Notes: a model not told the origin generated them from the sequence alone. Shown: positions 1 to 9,912, counted from the first letter of the stretch. The stretch: DNA of 64,000 bases from Gemmatimonadales bacterium (GCA_050733075.1 JBOHSD010000002.1:174649-238648); one strand, 5' to 3'. Translations and numbers: made by a program.

Positions 1-525
1 GAGTGCCAGCCAGTCAGGCGTCGGGTCGGACCGCGCCACGTCACATAGCGGGCGCCCGATGTTTCCCGCCGCCTCGGCTCGGAACCCCGCGCTGCTCAAC
101 ACATGCGCGACCAGGGAGGTGGTGGTGGTCTTCCCGTTGGTTCCCGTGATGCCCACACACCGCGTGCCCCGAAGCGCCAGGAACCCAACGTCTATTTCGG
201 CGTGGATGGCGAGGCCGGCGTGGCGTGCTGCCTCCAGGGCGGGCGCATTCGGAGGTACGCCAGGTGCCACCACCACGGCCACCGCCCGCCCGATCCGCGC
301 CAGGTCGTGCCCACCAAGATCGACCTCGGCTCCCGCCTGCCGCAGGGTCCGGGCCCAGCCCTCGAAGCCCGGTCCGGACCCGCTATCGGACGCGTACACC
401 GGAACCCCGTGGTCCCGCAGGAGCAGCGAGGCCGAGACGCCGCTCTTGCCCAGACCGATTACCGCGACCTCCTGCCCGCTGGCCGCCCAGCGATCGAGGA
501 GCCGGGAGTCGGTGGCCGGGGTCAT
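1..525 (-). CDS. murD: UDP-N-acetylmuramoylalanine--D-glutamate ligase MurD, first 175 codons (3' end runs off the window start)
   Basis: Not in the ORF track because it leaves the window. Translating down from ATG 525-523 gives MTPATDSRLLDRWAASGQEVAVIGLGKSGVS...CVGITGTNGKTTTTSLVAHVL, with a GxGxSG dinucleotide fold and the Mur-ligase P-loop. ATGA overlap with the mraY stop. Position after mraY matches dcw order. Confidence 0.85.
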   Translation of the reverse strand, partial: MTPATDSRLLDRWAASGQEVAVIGLGKSGVSASLLLRDHGVPVYASDSGSGPGFEGWARTLRQAGAEVDLGGHDLARIGRAVAVVVAPGVPPNAPALEAARHAGLAIHAEIDVGFLALRGTRCVGITGTNGKTTTTSLVAHVLSSAGFRAEAAGNIGRPLCDVARSDPTPDWLAL

Positions 526-1649
526 CGCACCTTGAGGGTCGAGAGAGCCACGAGCGCGCACAAGAGTCCGAGGATGTAGAACCGGGTCACGACTGTCGTC
601 TCCGCCCAGCCGAGCTTTTCGAAGTGGTGGTGAAGTGGGGCCATGCGAAAGACCCGGTGGGCGTCGGCGAACTCGCGCCCTCTGGTTCGCTTGAACCACC
701 GATAGGTCCCGGTCTGAATCAGGACCGAAATGGCTTCCGCCGCGAACACCCCGCCGATGACCAGCAGGAGGAACTCGGCCTTGAGCAGGATGGCCACGGT
801 CCCCAGAGCGCCACCGATCGCCAGGCTGCCGGTATCTCCCATGAAGACCTCGGCAGGATGCGCGTTGAACCAGAGAAAGCCTACGGTGGCACCCATCAGG
901 GCGGCACAGAACACCGCCAGCTCGCCGGCGCCGGGAAGATAAAAGACGTTGAGATAAGTGGTGACATCCACCCGGCCGAACAGATAGGCAAACACCGCGA
1001 ACGCCGCGGCTGCGATACCGGCCAACCCGGTGGCCAGCCCGTCCAGGCCATCGGTCAGATTGACCGCGTTACTGCTTCCGGTAATCACTACCGTTACGAA
1101 GACCACGAACAGCCAGGGCGCGAAGTTGATCACCAGATATTTGAAGAAGGGGAGAGTCGTGGCCGTGGCCGGTATCGTATCGGTGGGGACCACCGGATTA
1201 AATGCGAGAAAGAGACCCAGCAGCAGGCCGAAGCTGCACTGGCCGGCGAGCTTCCACCTGGCCACCAGGCCCCGGGACTTCCCCTGGACGATCTTGAGGT
1301 AATCGTCCAGAAAGCCGATGCAGCCCATCCAGAGGGTGGACAACATTGCCACCACCACAAAGCGATTGGTGAGCGGCGCCCACAAAAGAGTCGGGACGAC
1401 GGTGGCGAGCAGGATGATGAGACCGCCCATGGTGGGCGTTCCCCGCTTACTCTGATGGCTCGCCGGGCCTTCCGCCCGGACCACTTGCCCCACCTTCCGT
1501 GCCCGAAGCCGCCGGATTACTGGCGGCCCGACCACGAACGCGAGCAGCAGCGCGGTGACGGTGGCGCCCGCCGCGCGAAAGCTGATGTAGTTGAAGAGGT
1601 TGAAGATGATGTACTGCTTGCCGAGCGGGGCCAGCAAGTGATAAAGCAT
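522..1649 (-). CDS. mraY: phospho-N-acetylmuramoyl-pentapeptide transferase MraY
   Basis: 375-aa polytopic membrane ORF with NLTDGLDGLA, FMGDTGSLAIGGALG and PLHHHFE motifs. Sits between murF and murD. Confidence 0.95.
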   Translation of the reverse strand: MLYHLLAPLGKQYIIFNLFNYISFRAAGATVTALLLAFVVGPPVIRRLRARKVGQVVRAEGPASHQSKRGTPTMGGLIILLATVVPTLLWAPLTNRFVVVAMLSTLWMGCIGFLDDYLKIVQGKSRGLVARWKLAGQCSFGLLLGLFLAFNPVVPTDTIPATATTLPFFKYLVINFAPWLFVVFVTVVITGSSNAVNLTDGLDGLATGLAGIAAAAFAVFAYLFGRVDVTTYLNVFYLPGAGELAVFCAALMGATVGFLWFNAHPAEVFMGDTGSLAIGGALGTVAILLKAEFLLLVIGGVFAAEAISVLIQTGTYRWFKRTRGREFADAHRVFRMAPLHHHFEKLGWAETTVVTRFYILGLLCALVALSTLKVR

Positions 1650-1655
1650 CGATCC

Positions 1656-3071
1656 TCAGCGGGAACGGAAAGGTGCCGGGGGAGCACCTTGACTCCTCGC
1701 GCGGGCCGCGAGCGTGGGAAGTATACGCTCCAGCGCCACCCCGCGGGATGCCTTCAGCACCACGATCTCATCCCCCTGGATGCGCGGAGCCAGGAGCGGC
1801 GCAAGGGCCAGCGGGTCGGGTGCCGTCACCAGCCGGTCGCCCAGCACCCTGGTGTGTGGCTCGAGCGCGGGAACAAAATCGCCAACCACCGCAAGAAGAT
1901 CGGGTCGAAGCTCGAGCAACGCCTCGGCCACCTCCCGGTGGAGCGCCGCCGAGTCCTCACCCAGCTCGCGCATGGTTCCCGCTACGAAGATCAGGCGGCG
2001 GTCTCCCCGGAGCTCCGCCGCGGTTGCAATGGCAGCCCGAAAGGATTGGGGATTGGCGTTGTAGCAATCGTTCAGGATGGTGAGTCCGGCCTCCTGCAGC
2101 AGCTCGCCGCGACCGGCCGGTATGGAGAATCCTTCCAGCGCGTGCGCCGCCGCCCCTGGGTCGAGGCCCAGCTCTTCGACAACCGCCCACACCCGGATTG
2201 CATTGTCGGCCTGGTGCAGCCCGCGTGCGGCCAGGACGAAGGTGGTGCCCCCAATGCTGATCACCGGCCGGGCCGAGTCGTCCAGGACGACCCGGTCAGG
2301 GGTCAGATCGGCCCCGCGCAGGGCGGCGGTGCGCACCCGGCGGGCCCGCTTTCTGGCGGCCGCAGCGAGCTCTGTCGGCTCGACACCGACCACTGCCAAC
2401 GCCACGTCATCGGTGAGGGAAAGCTTCTCTTCCACCACGCCGGCCAGTGAACCGAAGCCTTCCAGGTGGCCGGCGACGGCATTGGTCACCACCGTCAGGG
2501 AGGGCTCGATGATCTCCCGAGAGCGGGCGATCTCTCCGGGCAGGTTAGCCCCGGCCTCCACAATCAGCGCCTCGGTGTCCGCGGGAGCCTCCAGAATAGT
2601 CAGAGGAACCCCCACCAGGTTGTTGAGATTGGCGCGAGTGGCGTGGGTCGTGTACCCGGTGCCGAGCACGGCGGCGAGCATCTCCTTGGTGCTCGTCTTG
2701 CCGTTGGTTCCGGTAATGGCGATCACCGGGCCCTTGATGGTGCGCCGCCGGGCGCGCGCGAGCAGGCCGAAGGCACGCAGAGTGTCGCCCACCTCGAATA
2801 ACGTGAGCCCCGGCACCGGCGCCGTACCCGCGCACACGACCGCCCCTTTCGCCCCACCGGCGGCAACGGCCGCCAGGTAATCATGCCCGTCGAAACGCTC
2901 ACCCTGGAGCGCAACGAACAGTGCTCCAGGCCGTATGGCACGACTATCGGTGGAAATGCTCGAGAAGGTGACCGCCCCGCTGCCGGTCTCCGGAAGCCCC
3001 AGTGTCTCCCGCACCACCGTCCCGGACCAGGTGGCGGTGTCGAGCCGGATCCGCTCACCGGCCACGCTCAC
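1656..3071 (-). CDS. murF: UDP-MurNAc-tripeptide--D-alanyl-D-alanine ligase MurF
   Basis: 471 aa with Mur-ligase P-loop ITGTNGKTSTKEML. dcw position between murE and mraY. Confidence 0.9.
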   Translation of the reverse strand: MSVAGERIRLDTATWSGTVVRETLGLPETGSGAVTFSSISTDSRAIRPGALFVALQGERFDGHDYLAAVAAGGAKGAVVCAGTAPVPGLTLFEVGDTLRAFGLLARARRRTIKGPVIAITGTNGKTSTKEMLAAVLGTGYTTHATRANLNNLVGVPLTILEAPADTEALIVEAGANLPGEIARSREIIEPSLTVVTNAVAGHLEGFGSLAGVVEEKLSLTDDVALAVVGVEPTELAAAARKRARRVRTAALRGADLTPDRVVLDDSARPVISIGGTTFVLAARGLHQADNAIRVWAVVEELGLDPGAAAHALEGFSIPAGRGELLQEAGLTILNDCYNANPQSFRAAIATAAELRGDRRLIFVAGTMRELGEDSAALHREVAEALLELRPDLLAVVGDFVPALEPHTRVLGDRLVTAPDPLALAPLLAPRIQGDEIVVLKASRGVALERILPTLAARARSQGAPPAPFRSR

Positions 3072-4521
3072 CCCTTACCGCCCTCAGCACGATCTCGCGC
3101 TCGTCGAATGGGAGCTTGTCCGTCCCGATGATCTGGTAGGTCTCATGTCCTTTGCCCGCCAGCAGAATCGTGTCACCCGGCCGACCCTCGTCCAGGGCGG
3201 CGTAAATCGCGGCCAGCCGGTCTTTGATGCGGAGGTGGGGGAGCCCGGCCATTCCTCGCTCGATGTCGTCTATGATGGCGTCCGGGTCCTCCTTACGCGG
3301 ATTGTCCGAGGTCGCTATGGCCAGGTGGGAATGCTCGGCGGCTATGCGGCCCATGAGTGGACGCTTGCCCCGATCCCGGTCTCCGCCGCAACCGAACACC
3401 ACGATCAACCGCCCCTGGGTCAGCGGTCGAAGCGACGTCAATGCCCGCTCGAGTGCGTCGGGGGTGTGCGCATAATCACGCAGCACGATACAGGGAGTGT
3501 CGCTGATCCGCTCCATCCGTCCCGGCACCTGCGGCGCCGAGCCCAGCCGCTCGGCCACCTTCGGCAGCGGCATGCCGAGCCCCAGCCCAGCAGCAGCCGC
3601 AGCCAGTGCGTTGGCAACGTTGAAGTCTCCCAGCAGGGGGAGGTGGATGTTGGCGCAACCAAACCGGCCGCTCACCTGAAAGCGAGATCCGCCGGCGTCC
3701 AGCAGGATCTCGGTTGCGCGGACATCGGCTGCGGGGTGGACTCCGAACGTGAGCCGGGACGCGCGTGACGGCAGCGTCTGCCAGTTGTCCTCGTCGAGGT
3801 TCACGACCTCGATGCCGCTCAGCCCGAGCAGCGAGCTCAGCCGGAGCTTGGAAGCGAGATAGGCGTCCATGGTGCCGTGATAGTCGAGATGGTCACGGGT
3901 GAGGTTGGTGAACACACCGGCCGCAAAGGTGAGCCCGTCCAGCCGGCGCTGATCCAGACTATGAGAGGATGCTTCCATGGCCACGTGGGTGGCGCCCCGG
4001 GCGACCATCACCGCGAGCGTCGCCTGAAGATCAACCGGGCCCGGCGTCGTCAGAGATCCGGCCGTCGACGGGATCGCCTCGCCCCGGCCATCGAAGGCAC
4101 CCAGGGTCCCGATGCTTCCAGCGGTCTCCCGCTCGTTGAACAGATGGCGAATCAGCCCAGTCGTGGTGGTCTTTCCGTTGGTTCCGGTAACTCCGACCAG
4201 GGTCAGGCGCCGGGCTGGGTACCCGTACCAGGCGCTCCCCAGCACCAGCGCCGCGCGGTGGCTGTCTCGAACCACGACCTGAGGAACTGGGGTTTCCTGC
4301 GGCAGCTCGACCAGCACGGACGAGGCCCCGCGGCTTACCGCATCGGACACATAACTGTGTCCGTCCACCTGCGACCCACGGAGCGCAACGTACAGCATCC
4401 CGGGACCGATAGACCGGCTATCCACTCCGATGCCTGTTGGATCGGATGCGATTGCCGGAGCCGAATCGAGGAGCTCGGCCTGGCGAAGCTCGTGGAGAAC
4501 GGCGGCCCAGGTCAGCGGCAC
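3055..4521 (-). CDS. murE: UDP-MurNAc-L-Ala-D-Glu--2,6-diaminopimelate ligase MurE
   Basis: 488 aa with VGVTGTNGKTTTT P-loop and TSDNPRKEDP (DNPR) motif. 17-nt overlap with murF. Confidence 0.9.
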   Translation of the reverse strand: MPLTWAAVLHELRQAELLDSAPAIASDPTGIGVDSRSIGPGMLYVALRGSQVDGHSYVSDAVSRGASSVLVELPQETPVPQVVVRDSHRAALVLGSAWYGYPARRLTLVGVTGTNGKTTTTGLIRHLFNERETAGSIGTLGAFDGRGEAIPSTAGSLTTPGPVDLQATLAVMVARGATHVAMEASSHSLDQRRLDGLTFAAGVFTNLTRDHLDYHGTMDAYLASKLRLSSLLGLSGIEVVNLDEDNWQTLPSRASRLTFGVHPAADVRATEILLDAGGSRFQVSGRFGCANIHLPLLGDFNVANALAAAAAGLGLGMPLPKVAERLGSAPQVPGRMERISDTPCIVLRDYAHTPDALERALTSLRPLTQGRLIVVFGCGGDRDRGKRPLMGRIAAEHSHLAIATSDNPRKEDPDAIIDDIERGMAGLPHLRIKDRLAAIYAALDEGRPGDTILLAGKGHETYQIIGTDKLPFDEREIVLRAVRGERGR

Positions 4522-4534
4522 CGAGGCTCCGGGC

Positions 4535-6499
4535 CTACTCCGCCCACACGATCACCGCAGTGCCCGGGGTGCCCGTCTTGCCGCCGGACGGCTGGGTGCG
4601 ATTCACCAGCCCGAGACCCCGGAGCTTCACCCGAAAGCCGCGGCGATGGAGGGCGAGTGCGGCCTCGCGGGCCGGTCTTCCCGCTACGTCCGGGACTACA
4701 ACGGGAGCCGCCTTTGCCAGGGGAGGAGCATAGGGCCACGAAAGGACCACCGGAGGTATTCCGGCCGTACCGGCGAGGGCAGGCTGCCCCGGAGGAATCG
4801 TGCCAGGGTGCGGGGTGAGACGGCTGCGGTCGATGGCGATGCGACGGGAAGCGAGTGCCTGCTGGAGCATGGCCCGGGTTACCGGGGCGGCTGTAAGTCC
4901 GCCGTAGTAAGGACCTTTGGGGTTGTCGATCTTCACGATCACTACCAGCTGCGGATCGTCAGCCGGAAAGAGCGCAGCAAACGAGGCGGTATACTCGCCG
5001 CGCACGTAGCGTCCCCTCTCGAAGCGAACCGCTGTTCCCGTCTTCCCCAGGAGCGAGTACCTGGCCAGTTGCCCCTCCTCGCCAGTGCCGCCATCACCTA
5101 CGGCTTCCCTCATGAAGCTCCGCAGCTTTGCCGCCACCGCCGGGGTGACCACCTGCCGAACCGGCTCCGGCCGATGGCGATACAGCAGATCGCCCGCCGG
5201 ACCCCGGATCTCTCGCACCAGCGTCGGAGTCAGAAGCAGCCCATCGTTCGCGATAGCGCCGTAAGCCGCCGCGAGTTGGACTGGAGTGACCCCGAGCTCG
5301 TATCCCATCGCCATGCTCGCCCTGGTATACATGGGCTGCCATCGGTCGGGATGGGCCAACCGGCCTCGTGATTCCGAGGGAACCTCGGCCCCCGTCGGAG
5401 TCCCGAAGCCGAAGTCTCGCAGGACCTCGAACTGCTCCTCGGGAGAGAGCCGGGACGAGAACTTCGCCATGCCGACGTTGCTGGAAACCTGGATCGTACG
5501 GGCCAGAGTGAGATTGCCCTTCGTCTGGTGCGCATCGCTGATCATCCGGGTCCGCCCACTGCTGGTGGTCGGCATACGCCATTGACCACCCTCGGCGAAT
5601 ACCACGTCGTTGCTATCCACCCGGCGGTACCTGAGCAGCGCGGCGGCGGTGAACAGTTTGGCGGTAGATCCGGGCTCGAAAGGGTCGGTAAAGGTGGAAG
5701 CCCGATACGAACCCAGTCCATTACGCCCCGACTGGCGGGAGGCCAGCGCGAGCAGCTCGCCGTTGGTCGGGTCGAGGAAAACCACGTCGCCACCCTCGGC
5801 CTTCATCCCCTCCAGCGCCTCGTCCAGGCCACGCTCGGCTATCTCCTGAAGTTCAGCATCCAGGGTCAGGATGATGTCGTTGCCCGGCACCGGCTCCCGA
5901 ATCAGGCGAGCGGGCGAGTTGTACCGCCGCCCTGCCCTGTCCTTGAGCAATACCGCTTCGCCTGGCTTGCCCTTGAGAATTGAGTCGAGTGAAAGCTCGA
6001 GCCCTGCCGTCCCGAACGGCTGATCGGGCGAGAGCCCGCCGATGATGGGCCGGGCCAGAGCGCGGGAGGGATAGATTCGGTGGAAATCGCCGGTGAGGTG
6101 AACCCCTCCGAGTGGACGGAGGGGTTGCACCTGGGTGGCCGTGAATGGCCCGTTGTAATAGATCCACCGTTTCGATCGGAGATCGCGCTCCAGAACCCGC
6201 AGTGAAACACGGAGATGCCGGCTGATCAGCCGGGCGGCGCGCCCGCGGTCGGGCAGCTCATTCGGCGCCACCCCCACATGGTACAACTCCTGGCTGACCG
6301 CGAGCGGCACGCCATTGCGGTCATAGAGAGCTCCTCGGCGGGCGGGAAGGACGGTCAGCTCGGTTCGCTGACGGAGAGCCTGCTCTGCCCAGCGGTCGCC
6401 CTGCACGAGTTGGAGCTGCGCCGCACGGGCGAGAATGGCGATGACGCCCAGGGCAAAGCAAAACTGCACAACCGCGATGCGCACCGCCGGCTTTGCCAT
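4535..6499 (-). CDS. ftsI: class B penicillin-binding protein / septal transpeptidase FtsI with C-terminal PASTA-like domain
   Basis: 654 aa. N-terminal membrane anchor. Transpeptidase motifs STAK (SxxK), SSN (SxN) and KTGTA (KTG). C-terminal VPDVAGRPAREAALALHRRGFRVKLRG resembles a PASTA unit. Confidence 0.88.
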   Translation of the reverse strand: MAKPAVRIAVVQFCFALGVIAILARAAQLQLVQGDRWAEQALRQRTELTVLPARRGALYDRNGVPLAVSQELYHVGVAPNELPDRGRAARLISRHLRVSLRVLERDLRSKRWIYYNGPFTATQVQPLRPLGGVHLTGDFHRIYPSRALARPIIGGLSPDQPFGTAGLELSLDSILKGKPGEAVLLKDRAGRRYNSPARLIREPVPGNDIILTLDAELQEIAERGLDEALEGMKAEGGDVVFLDPTNGELLALASRQSGRNGLGSYRASTFTDPFEPGSTAKLFTAAALLRYRRVDSNDVVFAEGGQWRMPTTSSGRTRMISDAHQTKGNLTLARTIQVSSNVGMAKFSSRLSPEEQFEVLRDFGFGTPTGAEVPSESRGRLAHPDRWQPMYTRASMAMGYELGVTPVQLAAAYGAIANDGLLLTPTLVREIRGPAGDLLYRHRPEPVRQVVTPAVAAKLRSFMREAVGDGGTGEEGQLARYSLLGKTGTAVRFERGRYVRGEYTASFAALFPADDPQLVVIVKIDNPKGPYYGGLTAAPVTRAMLQQALASRRIAIDRSRLTPHPGTIPPGQPALAGTAGIPPVVLSWPYAPPLAKAAPVVVPDVAGRPAREAALALHRRGFRVKLRGLGLVNRTQPSGGKTGTPGTAVIVWAE

Positions 6500-6801
6500 C
6501 AGGGTCTCCGCGATCCCGGTGCCGGCGGCATCGGAAAGAGAACGAATTCGGAGTCAGCCGGCTCGTGCAATCCGAACGCCCGCTCCGCCCTGGGCACGAG
6601 CACCTTGCGGCTGGAGGCGACCCGTATCCGGCGCTCGAGCTCGGCGCGGCGCGCCTCCAGGCTGCTCCGCTCCTCACGCAGGTGATGGACCCGCCGCGCG
6701 GTCCGGAGGCCAGCCGTCTGACGGGCGACCACTGCCAGGGCGGCCCCTAGGAAGATCAGGAGCCACAGCAGGATCCAGTGCCGTCCCTTAAGCCGCATCA
6801 T
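6499..6801 (-). CDS. ftsL: FtsL-like cell-division protein
   Basis: 100 aa with one TM helix (WILLWLLIFLGAALAVV) followed by a coiled-coil-like REERSSLEARRAELERRI. Sits between rsmH and ftsI with overlaps at both ends. Confidence 0.7.
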   Translation of the reverse strand: MMRLKGRHWILLWLLIFLGAALAVVARQTAGLRTARRVHHLREERSSLEARRAELERRIRVASSRKVLVPRAERAFGLHEPADSEFVLFPMPPAPGSRRP

Positions 6802-7729
6802 CTACGACGAAGGTCCGCAGTTTGGCGCTCCTTGCTCGAGGGTTAGCCGCCAGCTCCGCCGCATCGGGCACCACCGGCTTCCGCGGCTCGGTACGCCCCA
6901 GGGGTCGGCCGCGGCAGCTGCAAACCGGGAGCTCTGGCGGGCAAACACAGCTTCGGGCCCAATCCCTGAACGCCCGCTTTACCAAACGATCCTCGCCCGA
7001 GTGATAGGTGATGACCGACAGTCGTCCGGCCGGGCCGAGCGCGTCTCTGAACGCAGGCAGCGCTCGCTCGAGCTCTCCCAGCTCGTCGTTCACGGCCACG
7101 CGTACCGCCTGAAACAGCCTGGCGAACTCCGAGGGGCCCGCTCTGGCTCCTAGTGTGGCCCGAATCGCGTTTACCAGATCCTCGCTGATCTCGAAAGGCC
7201 GCTGGGCTCGCCGCCGCACAATCTCTGACGCCAGGCGACGGGCCCGGCGCTCGTCTCCGTAATCCCTGAAGATGGTCTCCAGCGTCCTGACCGATGCCTG
7301 GTTCAGAAGATCGGTAGCGGCGCTGCCGCTGGACGCCATCCGCATGTCGAGGGGCGCACCTGGACGGAAGGTAAATCCCCGTGCCTCCTGGTCCAGTTGC
7401 CGGGAGGAAACCCCCAGGTCGAGCAGAATGAAGTCAGGCCGGAACCGGGCAATGGCCGCGAGCGCCTCAGGGGAGGCATACGGCGCTTCAATGTAGTGTA
7501 TCCGGCTATGGCCGAGCCGGGCCCGGCTAACGGCGAGCGCCTCGGGATCGCGGTCGATGCCGAGCACCTCGAGCCCATGATCCCGTAGGGACGCCGCATG
7601 CCCGCCGTCACCCAGCGTAGCATCCACCGCCCGGCGAGCTCCCCGCGCAGCGGCCAGAACCGGCTCCAGGAGCACGGGCAGGTGGTAGACTGCTGGATCA
7701 GACATTGACAGCTCGAATGTCGGAAACAC
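6788..7729 (-). CDS. rsmH: 16S rRNA (cytosine1402-N4)-methyltransferase RsmH
   Basis: 313 aa with HLPVLLEPVL, DATLGDGGHA, GIDRDPEA and LDLGVSSRQLD motifs. First gene of the dcw block. Confidence 0.93.
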   Translation of the reverse strand: MFPTFELSMSDPAVYHLPVLLEPVLAAARGARRAVDATLGDGGHAASLRDHGLEVLGIDRDPEALAVSRARLGHSRIHYIEAPYASPEALAAIARFRPDFILLDLGVSSRQLDQEARGFTFRPGAPLDMRMASSGSAATDLLNQASVRTLETIFRDYGDERRARRLASEIVRRRAQRPFEISEDLVNAIRATLGARAGPSEFARLFQAVRVAVNDELGELERALPAFRDALGPAGRLSVITYHSGEDRLVKRAFRDWARSCVCPPELPVCSCRGRPLGRTEPRKPVVPDAAELAANPRARSAKLRTFVVDDAA

Positions 7730-7776
7730 AACACCCCGTCCGGGGGGACGGGGTGAGGGATCATACCAAGGAAGAG

Positions 7777-7851
7777 CGGGGCTGACGGGGCTCGAACCCG
7801 CGACCTCCGCAGTGACAGTGCGGCACTCTAACCAAGCTGAGCTACAGCCCC
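7777..7851 (-). tRNA. tRNA-Asp (GTC)
   Basis: Reverse complement GGGGCTGTAGCTCAGCTTGGTTAGAGTGCCGCACTGTCACTGCGGAGGTCGCGGGTTCGAGCCCCGTCAGCCCCG folds as a cloverleaf. Anticodon loop is CTGTCAC. T-loop is TTCGAGC. No encoded CCA. Confidence 0.9.
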
Positions 7852-7876
7852 CTGACGGAGGGCGGAATATATCAGG

Positions 7877-7906
7877 GCCATTGGCTATTGGCCAATAGCC
7901 AATGGC
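7877..7906. repeat. perfect 30-bp palindrome of tandem heptamers, abutting the stop of the TPR gene (possible terminator or REP-like element)
   Basis: GCCATTGGCTATTGGCCAATAGCCAATGGC equals its own reverse complement. It starts 1 nt after the TGA at 7907-7909. It shares the GGCTATTGG/CCAATAGCC core with the element at 59043-59155. Confidence 0.8.
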
Positions 7907-9706
7907 TCATCTTCCTTTACAATACGCCTTCAGCATCGAGGCGATCCGCGGCTTGTACTTCTTGATGATGCCGAGGTTCTTGTCCACGGCCTCGGGGTTG
8001 ACGGACCGGCCGGCGGTAAGGGCCGAATCGGACGCGAGCAACAGCGCCTCCTCCTGCCTGGCCAGCTCACAGGACTTCTGCTTCTCGGCCAGAGGATCGA
8101 TCTTGGGCACCTGGAACAGCGTGGCAAGACCGAGCATGTAGTTGGCGGCAGGATAGACCCTTCCCGATGGGTTGGCGGCCGCGATGGACATCCTCAGCAA
8201 CTCCTCGGCGCCTTCGAGATCCTGCGGCTCCTGCAGCAGTGGGACAGCGGCCGAGTAGAGCAGCGCCGCGGCGTTTTCCTTGGCCTGCGGGTCGCCGTGG
8301 TTTATGGCAAACTCGAGAAACGGCACGGCTTCCTTAGGTCGCGGCGTAAACTTGACCGAGTCGGTCTTCAGTGGAGCGGCTCCCACTGAGACCCCAGCGG
8401 TATCGCGCCGGGGTTGCTCCGGCGGCAGGAGCAGCGCCTTCGCTGCGGACAGGGCGGCCACTACGCCGGTTTCCGTAGTGTCTTTGGCGATGATCCGGTT
8501 GGTGACGGAAATAACGCTGTCCACCTGGCCGGTCATGGAGTACGCCCGATTCAGGTATCCCAGGAGGGTGAGGTTGCCGGGGTACTTGCGCACCCCGATC
8601 TGCGACCACTTGAGCAACCTGACTGCGTCGGGGTTCTCGCCCTCGGCTGCTGCTGCCGAGATCTTGGTGAAGAAGAGAGTGTCTGCCTTGGTGGAGTCGG
8701 TGGCGTACATCGTCTCGAGCGCGTCCACCGCGCACTTGAAGTCACCCAGGAAAAGACAGGCGTTGCTCTTGAGATCGTAGAGATCGGCGTTGTAGGGGTC
8801 GATTTTCAGGCCCTCGTCCGCTACTTCGCGAGCGGTCTCCGGATGGCCCGACTGGAGGAAGTACTTGAACAGCTCCTCACGCAGCCTCTGGTTGGTGGGC
8901 GCAACGCGGAGCATCTGCTTGAAGGCTACCAGAGTGTTGGCGGTGTCGTTGGCCTGCTGATACTGGCTGGCGAGCGCGGTCCATACCGGCAGACTCAGCG
9001 GATCGCCCTTTACCGAGGCTTGCAGATGTTTCACTACCTCGGAACGAGGAGCCTTCCGGTCCATGGCGAGCTGAGCCAGACAGAAGTGGGCCAGGCCATG
9101 ATTGGGGAGCGTCCTGATGGCCTTCCGGGCGGCCTCGGCTGCCTTGTCGGGCTTGCTGGGCCGCTGATCTATGCAGGCTTTCGCCTCAGGGAGCGATTTG
9201 ACCGCTGGGGCAAGCGCCTGAGCCATCTTCTTTCCGAAATCCTCGAGACTCTGTCCCTGCTGGGTGAGGGTCACGACATTTCCGGCATCGTCGTTAACGC
9301 CGACGAGACGGGCGGTCACCGTGAGGCGGCCCCCCTCGCCGCGAGCCATGGTCCCGGTCATCAGCACCCGGGCCTGGATGTTCTTTGCCAGGGTGGTGGC
9401 CAGCGGCGGGCTCAGGATGGCGTCGGTAGGGTAGCCGTACTGCTGCAACGCGTCATTCATCTGGGACTGCTCGATGACGCTGAAGTTACGGCCGACGATG
9501 CTCTTCATTTGCTCCCGCGCCGCAGTGCCGATCTTGACGGCGTCGGCCGAATCGGTGGCGGCAAAGGCAAAGGGGTTGGCCACCATCAGTCGCGGGGCGG
9601 CGACTACAGTCTGGGTCCGGGCACCGCGGGGTATGCCCTGCGCCCACAGCGGCGCGGCAGAAGTCACACCGGCAAGCGCGATCAGAATCACACGGGACAG
9701 GTACAT
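7907..9706 (-). CDS. secreted TPR-repeat protein
   Basis: The ORF track starts at 9769, but those codons overlap tRNA-Val. The internal ATG gives MYLSRVILIALAGVTSAAPLWAQ, a signal peptide. The rest is TPR-like helical repeats. Confidence 0.7.
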   Translation of the reverse strand: MYLSRVILIALAGVTSAAPLWAQGIPRGARTQTVVAAPRLMVANPFAFAATDSADAVKIGTAAREQMKSIVGRNFSVIEQSQMNDALQQYGYPTDAILSPPLATTLAKNIQARVLMTGTMARGEGGRLTVTARLVGVNDDAGNVVTLTQQGQSLEDFGKKMAQALAPAVKSLPEAKACIDQRPSKPDKAAEAARKAIRTLPNHGLAHFCLAQLAMDRKAPRSEVVKHLQASVKGDPLSLPVWTALASQYQQANDTANTLVAFKQMLRVAPTNQRLREELFKYFLQSGHPETAREVADEGLKIDPYNADLYDLKSNACLFLGDFKCAVDALETMYATDSTKADTLFFTKISAAAAEGENPDAVRLLKWSQIGVRKYPGNLTLLGYLNRAYSMTGQVDSVISVTNRIIAKDTTETGVVAALSAAKALLLPPEQPRRDTAGVSVGAAPLKTDSVKFTPRPKEAVPFLEFAINHGDPQAKENAAALLYSAAVPLLQEPQDLEGAEELLRMSIAAANPSGRVYPAANYMLGLATLFQVPKIDPLAEKQKSCELARQEEALLLASDSALTAGRSVNPEAVDKNLGIIKKYKPRIASMLKAYCKGR

Positions 9707-9768
9707 TCCTCGACCTCCAACAGGACGGCCCTCACGAGCCAGGAACAGCCGCGCAGGCGCGGTACACA

Positions 9769-9843
9769 TGGGCGAAGAGGGATTCGAACCCCCGACATCC
9801 TGCGTGTAAGGCAGGCGCTCTGAACCAACTGAGCTATTCGCCC
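9769..9843 (-). tRNA. tRNA-Val (TAC)
   Basis: Reverse complement GGGCGAATAGCTCAGTTGGTTCAGAGCGCCTGCCTTACACGCAGGATGTCGGGGGTTCGAATCCCTCTTCGCCCA. Anticodon loop is CTTACAC. T-loop is TTCGAAT. Confidence 0.9.
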
Positions 9844-9912
9844 GGGATCGGCGCCCCGACTACGGTTTTTAGCGATATTGCAGGGACCGTGCCGTGATGA
9901 CCGACACTCTAG

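Noticed and set aside
225-2450. 741-aa plus-strand ORF across mraY/murF
   Set aside because: It is antisense to two well-supported dcw genes. Its composition is Arg/Pro/Gly-rich and low-complexity, typical of spurious open frames in GC-rich DNA.
9707-9769. 5' extension of the TPR ORF in the ORF track
   Set aside because: It overlaps tRNA-Val. The internal ATG yields a proper signal peptide.
7777-9843. Gene flanked by two tRNAs as a possible integrated island
   Set aside because: There is no integrase or recombinase and no duplicated tRNA 3' segment. Composition is the same as the flanks, and the cargo is a single TPR protein.
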